Source: Flavobacteriales bacterium (GTDB lineage: Bacteria; Bacteroidota; Bacteroidia; Flavobacteriales_D; Sanyastnellaceae). Taken from it: a stretch of DNA of 64,000 bases. Position numbers and translations under genes: made by a program. Below are positions 55,483 through 63,829 of this stretch, in pieces. Numbering within the stretch: the first letter of the stretch is position 1; each line of letters starts with the position of its first letter. The notes beneath the pieces were generated by a model. That model made no database searches. It was not told the DNA's origin and saw nothing but the letters and a program-made list of their open reading frames with translations. The DNA lies in the NCBI GenBank assembly GCA_029242765.1, contig JAQWTJ010000004.1, positions 72 through 64,071 of the forward strand, in the 5' to 3' direction.

Positions 55483-57795
55483 TTACTCACATACGCTATC
55501 GAAGGCGGATAGGAATTCTAGCAAATCAGGCGCCCCAACCAAGCCATCACCATTGAGGTCCGACGGGCAATCGCCACCGCCCAAGGTGAATGTGCATGTG
55601 CCGTCGTCAAGTGTAGCCTCACTGTCGTAATTTTCACCTTCTGTGTACGTGCATCCAGCGCAAGTACTGAACTCGCATGTGCCATTGTCATCCGTTGCTT
55701 CAGGATCGTAGTTGCATGCACCGCTATCCGTGCAGCCGTTATTTGTATAAGTTTCCCCGTCCGTGTAGTCCTCAGCATCATCGCCGGCGCCGCCGCCGCC
55801 CACTTCAAGCGAGCCTTCATCGGTGACGGAGTCGTCCACAACACGTTCCCCTACACTGGCCACCCGGTATTGAATGCCCGCCTCAAACACGAAACCACTG
55901 TCCATAGGCAGCGTGACTTGTGCCACGCGAATGGCGCGTACACATCCCGGACGATCTTGCAAGACGTCGCAAGCATCGACAGGCACGCCTTGAATGGCCC
56001 CCGTCTCAATTCTCCAGCCGACGGTGTCGCCTACGGCCATTGCCGTAAGGCCGAAATTGAAGCTGTCTATTGACTCAATCGTATCTCCGCTGAAGCCGAT
56101 GGGTGTAACCTGCAAGCCATCACCGAAGGTGCCACCGATGGTGAACCAGCTGTCCGCTCGCAAATTGACATCGGTGTAGGTCACCCCGTCCACCTCCACA
56201 GTATGCTGCAAAGCCGAAGGCTCCCAAGCTCCAGAATCCGCCTGATGAAGGCTTGAAAAGGTCGAAAATGAGAGCGCGATATCGCTGGTGCCCAACACCT
56301 TCTCCAATTGAATAGTGCCCGGAGGCATCAAAGCATAAATCTCACCGGTGTACGTCCCAGGCACACCACCCTCGTCATAGGCGTTGATGCTCGTGCGTGA
56401 AAAAGAAAAAATGGCTGTATAAATGCAGTCGCTATCATCTGCAATCATCACGGTAGAGTCGTAGTTGGTCGCTTCAGGGTCCGTACAACCAGAACAAGAA
56501 GTGTACTCACACAAGGCCGGATTGACGATCAAGGCGTCGGGGTTGTAGTTGCAGGCCCCCTCATTGCCACAGTCTGCACACGACACATAGTCACAGTTGT
56601 TTTCCTCTGCAAATGCCTCCGGGTCGTAGTTGCAAGCAGAGGGGTCAGCGCAACGCTCATTGAAGGCGTCATCGCCGATGCAAACGCCGTTGCCGTCCAG
56701 GATGAACAAAGCGGGGTTTTCATCGCTGCAATCAATCGGTTGAAAGATGTATGCCTCACCAATTTCCGAGCAGTTCACATTGAAAGCTGAAAGCACCAAA
56801 TCAGTCGTATCACTTGAACGATAGCCGTCATTGTCTACGTCGCGAAAACAAAGCTCTTGACCGTCGCAATTGCCATCGATGCCGTCGCCGGGAATCTCAT
56901 CTGCCCCGGGGTGAGCATCTGGATTGAAATCATTGCAATCTCCACCCACCATTGCTAAGCCCGGACCAAACTCACATGCATACGTCACATCCGTTCCATA
57001 GCCATCGCCGTCATTGTCCACAAAATACATTTGCTCAAAGACGCAGCTTCCATCATCCACCGTTGCATCGCTGTTGTAATTGCAAGCCGAGATATCCGTA
57101 CAACCCAGTAGTTCATCGGGGAATGTCAAAGTGGTGTTATATACGAGGCCCACGCCTTCCGTTTCAACAATCCTAGTTTGTAAGTTGAGCTCGACTGTGA
57201 CGAATCCATCCGTTGTGAATTGGCCCATCAAGACCCTCCCATTTTCATCAGGAAGCCCTTGCACAAAAGTCAATGTCGTGGTGTAGAAAGTGCCCCCCAC
57301 TGGATCGTCAACGACTTCGAAAGACCCCCCGTCCTCAAAGTTCACACCCTGCAAATGCCAAGGCGTCGACCCGGTGTTTGACGTCTCGTTGTCGATGGCG
57401 TCTTCGTAATCTATGGTGAACCAGCTGTCGTAGGCCAATTCAGGAAAACCACTGATTAATGCGGGGTTCACACCGGTCGCCAAAAGCGTTCCAAACGGGT
57501 GCTGGTAAAAGGAACCTGTCGGCACAACGCGCATGGAAGATCCTAACAAGCCCACGCTGTTGGCGAAAATTGCTTGGAGGGCCTCGCCTTCATCAGTAAA
57601 ATTGGCATAGACCCGATAAGTGTGAAAGTTATCGGGAAGGCTATTGGCCTGAATCAATTCGTAGCTAAGGCCTGTAAACGACGTATTCTCAGTGATCTCC
57701 TGAGCGGAAACGACAGGTCCAGTCATCGCAAACAACAGCGCAAGAACCCCTGTCAGGGCTGAACATACAAAAGCGGAGCTGTTGATTTGACGCAT
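55483..57795 (-). CDS. secreted protein: unnamed TYRVYA/DSWFTI domain (1 clear + 1 divergent copy) + MopE-like metal-binding motif + 6 Cys mini-modules + dockerin-like C-terminal tail
   Basis: Signal peptide from the ATG at 57795 (MRQINSSAFVCSALTGVLALLFAMTGPVVSAQ). It ends CPSDLNGDGLVGAPDLLEFLSAFDSVCE*, and I see no T9SS CTD pattern. Confidence 0.7.
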   Translation of the reverse strand: MRQINSSAFVCSALTGVLALLFAMTGPVVSAQEITENTSFTGLSYELIQANSLPDNFHTYRVYANFTDEGEALQAIFANSVGLLGSSMRVVPTGSFYQHPFGTLLATGVNPALISGFPELAYDSWFTIDYEDAIDNETSNTGSTPWHLQGVNFEDGGSFEVVDDPVGGTFYTTTLTFVQGLPDENGRVLMGQFTTDGFVTVELNLQTRIVETEGVGLVYNTTLTFPDELLGCTDISACNYNSDATVDDGSCVFEQMYFVDNDGDGYGTDVTYACEFGPGLAMVGGDCNDFNPDAHPGADEIPGDGIDGNCDGQELCFRDVDNDGYRSSDTTDLVLSAFNVNCSEIGEAYIFQPIDCSDENPALFILDGNGVCIGDDAFNERCADPSACNYDPEAFAEENNCDYVSCADCGNEGACNYNPDALIVNPALCEYTSCSGCTDPEATNYDSTVMIADDSDCIYTAIFSFSRTSINAYDEGGVPGTYTGEIYALMPPGTIQLEKVLGTSDIALSFSTFSSLHQADSGAWEPSALQHTVEVDGVTYTDVNLRADSWFTIGGTFGDGLQVTPIGFSGDTIESIDSFNFGLTAMAVGDTVGWRIETGAIQGVPVDACDVLQDRPGCVRAIRVAQVTLPMDSGFVFEAGIQYRVASVGERVVDDSVTDEGSLEVGGGGAGDDAEDYTDGETYTNNGCTDSGACNYDPEATDDNGTCEFSTCAGCTYTEGENYDSEATLDDGTCTFTLGGGDCPSDLNGDGLVGAPDLLEFLSAFDSVCE

Positions 57796-58013
57796 ATCGA
57801 GTGAGTTAATTTGACTGTGTAAGTTAAGGACTATCGGGTTCATTATGCTCTCATTTACAAAGCCGTAGGAGAATTAAGATTCCTCCGACAATTGCAAATC
57901 AGAAGGCCGAACCAACCGAAATTGATCCGGCCTTCCGGAGCTAAAGATGCGAGGCAGTTTCTTGCCTTTGACAAAACTGACTTAAGTCACTTGTTCCGCT
58001 GACGGTTGTTCTC

Positions 58014-59732
58014 TTAGTCGCAAGTTCCACCGTAGGCTGCAAGGAAAACAATCAAGTCAGCCGAACCGATGATGTTGTCATCGTTCACATCGAAAGGACA
58101 AGAACAATCACCGCCTTCAAAGATGCAGCTGCCGTCGTCCAGGTCGGCTTCCATATCGTAGTTCGTCGCATCAGGGTACGTACATCCCTGCGTTCCGACA
58201 ATCAAAAACTCACAGCTGTCATCGTCGCTCGTGGCCGCCGGGTCGAAATTCTGTGCATCGCCATCCGTGCAGCCTGCAATCACGCAAGAGCCATCATCGT
58301 CGGTGGCCGCATCGTTATAGTTGTCCGCATCGGGGTTCGTACAACCGGGCACTTCATCCTCATCGCACACGCCGTCGCCGTCCACATCATTGAGGCAGTT
58401 TCCATCACAATCCACCGTGTTGGCGGGGTAATTTGGCGGGTACTCACACAAGGTGTTGTCCACAACGGGCGCCATAGGGTTGTAGTTGCAAGCCTCGCTC
58501 TCATGGCAGCCCGCGCAGGAAACATAGTCGCAAGTCCCGTCGTCAAAGTCAGCGGCTGGATCATAGTTGCATGCACCGGCGTTAGTACAACCGGGGGTCA
58601 CCACGGGAAATGTGATGGCCAAGCCGACGTGCTGCGGGTTGGAGCCGTCTTCTGCACGGTACTGGAGATTCACCAGCATGTCAACAATGCCGTCGGTCGT
58701 GAATTGACCGATCAAAACGCGGCCTTGGGCGTCAGGGAACGCCAAGGGCTCGAGATCCGGATAAATGTACCACGACCCACCGTATAGGTCATCGATAACG
58801 AGGCTCCCGCCGTTTTCAAAGTCCGTTGTTGGGACCGCTAAATTCTGTAGATCCACAGCATTGTCCTCACCTCCAATGGTGACCCAAGAATCATACACGA
58901 GGTCGGGAAACAAGTCGCCAATGAGCAAGGGGTTGATTTGACTCGCAAATGCTCCTCCGTAGGGGTCTTGGAAGAAGGTCCCTGTCGTCGTGATTGAAAG
59001 GGTTGTGTCTTGAATGCCATACAGGGCCACAAGTTGATCGTTCGGGTTGTCAAAGTTGGCATACACGCGGTACGTGTTAAAACCATCAGAAGTCGTGTTC
59101 TCCCCTACCGTTTCATATGTCAATCCTTGAAAACTGGTCATTTCCAAGGTTAGACCCTCCTCGCTGTGCACGTCAAGTGCGGAGTCACGCCACTGCAAAT
59201 TGCCTTCAAACGTGAAGCCACCCGTGGTGGTGAGCTGCGCAAGAAGCACTCGGCCTCCCACAGGCTCGCCCAAGGGGTTGTCTGGTGTGACGAATACGCT
59301 TCCTCCAACGGCATCGTTGACGTAAAAATCACCACCCGCCTCAAAGGCCACAACAGCCGAGTTCCAAGCGCTACCACCGACGGTGGACCCGTCCAGAACC
59401 GGTGAATTGTCCTCCTGGCCGATGGTCAGCCACGAGTCATATTCAATGCCGTCAATCACACCAATCAACCCCGCGTTGACATCCTTAGCAAAGGCCCCAC
59501 TGTATTCATTCTGGTAAAAACCAGCGCCCGAAGTGATATTGATTGCATATGGCGATTCAGCCCAGAAAGCCTGTAAAATATCAGAAGAGTCGTCAAAATT
59601 AGCATACACACGGTACGTCGTTCCGTAGGAAGACGTGGCGTGAATTTCATAAGTGAGACCTGTGAAGTCAGCGAATGCTGAGGTGGAGATGGCCACAAGA
59701 GCAGCCATGGCGAGTACGAGTCGTTGGTACAT
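58014..59732 (-). CDS. secreted protein: two tandem copies of the unnamed TYRVYA/DSW.TIG domain + 5 Cys mini-modules + dockerin-like C-terminal tail
   Basis: Signal peptide MYQRLVLAMAALVAISTSAFA. The domain copies are aa 23-197 and 201-378. It ends CSCPFDVNDDNIIGSADLIVFLAAYGGTCD*. Confidence 0.7.
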   Translation of the reverse strand: MYQRLVLAMAALVAISTSAFADFTGLTYEIHATSSYGTTYRVYANFDDSSDILQAFWAESPYAINITSGAGFYQNEYSGAFAKDVNAGLIGVIDGIEYDSWLTIGQEDNSPVLDGSTVGGSAWNSAVVAFEAGGDFYVNDAVGGSVFVTPDNPLGEPVGGRVLLAQLTTTGGFTFEGNLQWRDSALDVHSEEGLTLEMTSFQGLTYETVGENTTSDGFNTYRVYANFDNPNDQLVALYGIQDTTLSITTTGTFFQDPYGGAFASQINPLLIGDLFPDLVYDSWVTIGGEDNAVDLQNLAVPTTDFENGGSLVIDDLYGGSWYIYPDLEPLAFPDAQGRVLIGQFTTDGIVDMLVNLQYRAEDGSNPQHVGLAITFPVVTPGCTNAGACNYDPAADFDDGTCDYVSCAGCHESEACNYNPMAPVVDNTLCEYPPNYPANTVDCDGNCLNDVDGDGVCDEDEVPGCTNPDADNYNDAATDDDGSCVIAGCTDGDAQNFDPAATSDDDSCEFLIVGTQGCTYPDATNYDMEADLDDGSCIFEGGDCSCPFDVNDDNIIGSADLIVFLAAYGGTCD

Positions 59733-59926
59733 TTTTTAGTCTAAAAATCGTTAGGTAAATTTAAGTGCAAGACGAGTATATCCGCCAATGATTCTTGTCA
59801 TCATTATACAGTTCCAATGAAAACAAGTCTCAAAGCACATATTTCTCGACTAACCAGGAATATATCTTCAAATCATCCGAAATTCAACGAGGCTGTGTTG
59901 TCGAATCCACCCCTGTATTGGTCGAA

Positions 59927-60997
59927 TCAGTCAACGTTGCGCCCCACCGCGTTGAGATCATCAAAGGCCTGCTCAAGACGACTGACAAAATACGTTTCGC
60001 CTTGGCGAAGCCACACGCGCGGGTCATACTTCTTCTTATTCGGGATGTCCGTTCCCTCAGGATTGCCAATCTGTCCCTGCAGATAGGCTGACCAATCCCC
60101 AACGTAATCGCGCACACCGCAGAGGTAGGCCCATTGCATATCCGTGTCGATGTTCATTTTAACAGCACCGTATGAAATGGCCTCACGAATTTCTTCCCGA
60201 GTGGATCCCGATCCACCGTGAAAGACGAAGCGCACCGGCTTGGGGCCTGTTCCAAACTCCTTCTGCACGTAGGCTTGCGAATTTTTAAGGATCACTGGCG
60301 TCAGCTCGACATTGCCCGGTTTGTACACACCGTGGACATTTCCAAAGGCAGCTGCAATGGTGAAATTGGGCGACACCTCACTGAGCTCCTTGTACGCATA
60401 AGCCACATCCTCGGGCTGCGTATACAAATGTGCTGCGTCGATGTTCGTGTTGTCTACGCCGTCCTCTTCCCCACCGGTTACACCAAGCTCAATTTCCAGG
60501 GTCATGCCCATGGGAGCCATCCGCTTCAAGTAGGCCTTGCATGTTGCGACATTCTCCTCAAGCGGCTCTTCGCTGAGGTCGATCATATGTGAGCTGTAAA
60601 GAGGGCGGCCGAATTTTGCAAAATGGGCCTCGCTGCGGCCGATCAATCCGTCCATCCAAGGTAAAAGTTTGCGCGCGCAATGGTCCGTGTGCATAATCAC
60701 CGGTACGCCGTACGCATGGGCCAATTCATTGACGTGAAGCGCTGCAGAAACGCTGCCCAACACCGCAGCACCCTCGTCCTTCATTTGGAGCGACTTGCCA
60801 GCATAGAACTTTGCACCTCCGTTGGACAGTTGCATAATGACGGGCGAGTCCATGCGGGCCGCCGTTTCCAGCACCGCATTCAGCGAATTGGTGCCGATGA
60901 TATTGACCGCTGGGAGTGCGTAGCCCACATTTTTTGCATCGTCAAGCAAGGCATTGGCATCATCTCCAAAGAGGACACCGGAAGGGAATTTAGACAT
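59927..60997 (-). CDS. fbaA: class II fructose-bisphosphate aldolase
   Basis: YALPAVNIIGTNSLNAVLETAARMDSPVIMQLSNGGA, HTDHC, FGNVHGVYKPGNV and FVFHGGSGS. Confidence 0.9.
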   Translation of the reverse strand: MSKFPSGVLFGDDANALLDDAKNVGYALPAVNIIGTNSLNAVLETAARMDSPVIMQLSNGGAKFYAGKSLQMKDEGAAVLGSVSAALHVNELAHAYGVPVIMHTDHCARKLLPWMDGLIGRSEAHFAKFGRPLYSSHMIDLSEEPLEENVATCKAYLKRMAPMGMTLEIELGVTGGEEDGVDNTNIDAAHLYTQPEDVAYAYKELSEVSPNFTIAAAFGNVHGVYKPGNVELTPVILKNSQAYVQKEFGTGPKPVRFVFHGGSGSTREEIREAISYGAVKMNIDTDMQWAYLCGVRDYVGDWSAYLQGQIGNPEGTDIPNKKKYDPRVWLRQGETYFVSRLEQAFDDLNAVGRNVD

Positions 60998-61334
60998 GGT
61001 CTGGGTGGAGTAGTGAAATGTTGTCGGGATTCGTCAAATGAATCGGCCGCAATGTACATTGAACTTGGCCTTGACGGGGGTCAAATCACGCCATTCGACC
61101 GAGCCTTTTCAACGCCCGGTGCATGACGAAAAACCACAGCGGTGGAATGAATGAAAGAATCATCATCCCTGGGTAACCCGTCGGCATTTGCGGCGCATCA
61201 TCTTCATGATTAAGAGTCGGGCATGGCTTTCCTGGCAATGATGGTGGTCCGAATGACGGACAATTCAAAGAGCAATAGTCTCCCCATCAAGTGATTCGAA
61301 TTCCAACTGTGCACAGGCATCACAGACTCATAAT

Positions 61335-61847
61335 TCATGGTTCAAAGGTGTCGAAACCGCTCTGCATGAGCCTCAAGGCATCTGCAGCGTGACCTGCAAA
61401 ACGCGAATCGGGGTGGGACTCCATCACCAGCAAATATGCCTTTCGAGCACGTTCCCGATCGCCCAGGTCATTTTCCGAAACAAAGCCCACCCAAAACGCA
61501 CAATCGGCGCGCTTTGAAAATTTGGGAAAGCCATCGTGGATGTCGGACCATTGTGCCACCGCCTCTATCGACTGCCCCGCTGTGTTCAACCGCAAAGCAC
61601 GGCGAAACAAAAACTCGGCTGCACGGCTATCGCTGCGGTGTCGGTTGCCAAAATCAGCGTAAGCCCTCAACACGGCCCGAGCAGACGAAGAATCCGTATC
61701 GGCTGTCAACTCAAGTTCGGCAATCCACGCGGCCACCTCATCGGCAGACCCCGCCCCTGTTACTGCATCCGACCCGGTGTTCGAACCAGGCCCACCGCAC
61801 GCACTGACCGCCAACAAGGCCGCCAATGCGAAAACCAATGGCATCAT
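61335..61847 (-). CDS. hypothetical lipoprotein (helical, TPR-like)
   Basis: Lipobox MMPLVFALAALLAVSAC from the ATG at 61847. The Ala/Arg-rich helical body has no recognised motif. Confidence 0.5.
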   Translation of the reverse strand: MMPLVFALAALLAVSACGGPGSNTGSDAVTGAGSADEVAAWIAELELTADTDSSSARAVLRAYADFGNRHRSDSRAAEFLFRRALRLNTAGQSIEAVAQWSDIHDGFPKFSKRADCAFWVGFVSENDLGDRERARKAYLLVMESHPDSRFAGHAADALRLMQSGFDTFEP

Positions 61848-61928
61848 CACCACGAAACGTTCTGAGCGAAAACAACAAACCTGAGCCATACCTTTAATAC
61901 AATTGCTGATATAAACCTTGCGCGGAAC

Positions 61929-62501
61929 TCAACGCAACTTCTTCGGGAATCGCATGCGGTAGCCCACGTCAACCTTCCCTTTTCCGATATCCTTGAGCCG
62001 CCCCTGCAACAGAGCCTTGCGAAGCGGAGACACATGGTCCGGAATCATCACCCCGTCGAGGTGGTCGTTCTCGTGCTGTACAATGCGCGCTGCAATGCCC
62101 TCCAGTTCTTCCTCCCTTAGCACCCAGTTTTCATCGTAATACTCCACGTGCAGGCCAACGGGCCGAACCACTTCCTCGCGCACACCAGGAATGGACAAAC
62201 AGCCCTCCTCCATCGACACCTGTTCCTCAGACTCGTCAAAAAGCACAGGGTTGATGAACACGCGTTTGAAGCCTTCGCACCCTTTGTCGCCGGCCTCCCC
62301 AACGGCAAACGGAGCCCCGTCAACGATGAACATCCGAATGGAATGGCCGACCTGAGGCGCAGCCAAACCGACGCCCTCCGATGCGTACATCGTCGCCCAC
62401 ATGTCTTCAATGAGCTGATCGAGTTGGGGATGCCCTTTCTGAATTTCATCGGCCATCCTCCTCAAAACAGAATCGCCATACGCCACAACGGGTAGTACCA
62501 T
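61929..62501 (-). CDS. def: peptide deformylase
   Basis: The ATG at 62501 gives MVLPVVAYGDSVLR. Motifs GVGLAAPQVG, EGCLSIPG and HENDHLDG are present. Confidence 0.9.
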   Translation of the reverse strand: MVLPVVAYGDSVLRRMADEIQKGHPQLDQLIEDMWATMYASEGVGLAAPQVGHSIRMFIVDGAPFAVGEAGDKGCEGFKRVFINPVLFDESEEQVSMEEGCLSIPGVREEVVRPVGLHVEYYDENWVLREEELEGIAARIVQHENDHLDGVMIPDHVSPLRKALLQGRLKDIGKGKVDVGYRMRFPKKLR

Positions 62502-62572
62502 AGCACAAAATTGGGGCGAATCTTCGAACATAGCACTCCCGTGCGAACTACTTTTGCAGCGATTTCTCGCGC

Positions 62573-63733
62573 ATGACCCAAGAACACCCCCTTGACTCAA
62601 TTGAAGATGCCATAGCCGCCATCGGACGTGGAGAGGCCATCATTGTGGTGGACGACGAGGATCGCGAAAACGAAGGTGACTTTGTAGCGGCCGCCCGATT
62701 TGCCACACCCGAATTGATCAACTTCATGGCCACGGAAGGACGCGGCTTGATTTGCGCACCTTTGGTTGAAGACCGTTGCGATGAGCTAGGACTCGAACTG
62801 ATGGTCTCGCGCAACAACGCAGCCTTCGAAACACCTTTTACAGTGTCTGTCGACCTCGTGGGACAGGGGTGCACCACGGGCATCTCGGCCAGCGACCGAA
62901 GCAAGACCATGCTCGCGTTGATTGACCCGGCGACCGACCCCAACGCGCTCGGACGTCCTGGACACATCTTTCCGTTGCGAGCGCGCCGTGGGGGGGTCCT
63001 ACGCCGGGCGGGACACACGGAAGCGGCCATCGATTTTGCTCGCCTTGCGGGCCTTGAGCCCGCAGGCGTCATTGTGGAAATAATGAACGCCGACGGCAGC
63101 ATGGCTCGGCTACCGGACTTGCGAAAGATTGCGAAAGATCACAAGCTGAAGCTGGTCTCCATATCCGACTTAATTGCCTACCGCCTTCAAAACGACACGA
63201 TTATTGAACGCACCGCTGAGGCAGACGTCCTGGTCGAAGGAACAACATTCAAGCTGATATCCTACCGACAAACCACCGACGACTGTGAGCACATTGCCAT
63301 GACGCTCGGACAATGGGCGGCTGAGGACGTGGTTCCCGTTCGCGTTCACAACAGCCCAGCAGTCTTGGACCAGTTTGGCGTTGCCGGTCTCGGCAGAGGC
63401 CAAGAATTGCGCGATGCTCTCCACCTCATTGCAGAAAAGGGAGCGGGCGCCGTGGTATGCATCCGCCCCAACGCCCCAAACCGGACGGCAGCCGAGGCGA
63501 TTAAGCGCCACGCCAAACGCAAGGAGAGAAAATCCAGCTCCACAGCTGACACTCAGTCAAAGGCTCAACTTGAAAAGGCGCGCCAAGACAACAAAGAGTA
63601 CGGCGTTGGTGCGCAAATTTTGCGGGACTTAGGTATACGCAGATTGGCCTTGCTCAGCAACAGGGTTCGCATCCGCAAGGGCATGACCATGTACGGGTTA
63701 GAAATTGTCGACGTGCTGCCCTTGCACAACTGA
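62573..63733 (+). CDS. ribB: 3,4-dihydroxy-2-butanone-4-phosphate synthase fused to a degenerate GTP-cyclohydrolase-II-like domain
   Basis: The N-half has IIVVDDEDRENEGDFV, GLICAPL and GHTEAAIDFARLAG. The C-half keeps the GCHII scaffold (YGVGAQILRDLGI...LLSN) but lacks the Cys triad and the RQEGRGIG motif. Confidence 0.85.
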   Translation: MTQEHPLDSIEDAIAAIGRGEAIIVVDDEDRENEGDFVAAARFATPELINFMATEGRGLICAPLVEDRCDELGLELMVSRNNAAFETPFTVSVDLVGQGCTTGISASDRSKTMLALIDPATDPNALGRPGHIFPLRARRGGVLRRAGHTEAAIDFARLAGLEPAGVIVEIMNADGSMARLPDLRKIAKDHKLKLVSISDLIAYRLQNDTIIERTAEADVLVEGTTFKLISYRQTTDDCEHIAMTLGQWAAEDVVPVRVHNSPAVLDQFGVAGLGRGQELRDALHLIAEKGAGAVVCIRPNAPNRTAAEAIKRHAKRKERKSSSTADTQSKAQLEKARQDNKEYGVGAQILRDLGIRRLALLSNRVRIRKGMTMYGLEIVDVLPLHN

Positions 63734-63751
63734 AAACGCGCAATAGCGAAC

Positions 63752-63783
63752 AAAAAAGCCCCCCGCATGCGCGGAGGGCTTTT
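63752..63783. terminator. bidirectional rho-independent terminator between ribB and rpmE
   Basis: AAAAAA-GCCCCCCGC-ATGC-GCGGAGGGC-TTTT: two 4-bp GC stem segments around one C/A mismatch, with a tetraloop, an A-run on the left and a T-run on the right. Confidence 0.55.
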
Positions 63784-63829
63784 CAATAAAATTTTTTCCG
63801 CCCCCTAGGTTGAGGAGCAATTCGAAGCC

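Noticed and set aside
57844-58013. Hairpins in the gap between the two large secreted-protein genes (GAAGGCCG...CGGCCTTC with an 18-nt loop; AGGCA/TGCCT).
   Set aside because: Neither is followed by a T-run in the minus-strand sense, and the loops are long. That is insufficient to call a terminator or an RNA element.
61086-61268. 60-aa minus-strand ORF in the 337-bp gap between the lipoprotein gene and fbaA (…MPTGYPGMMILSFIPPLWFFVMHRALKRLGRMA).
   Set aside because: It has only one weak hydrophobic stretch, no recognisable start context and no homology evidence. The gap is more likely the fbaA promoter and leader region.
62502-62572. Looked for an FMN riboswitch upstream of ribB (and upstream of ribA at 50541..50564), and for a cobalamin riboswitch upstream of icmF (30422..30467).
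   Set aside because: The intergenic spaces (about 71, 24 and 46 nt) are too short for these aptamers, and I saw no conserved riboswitch core sequences.
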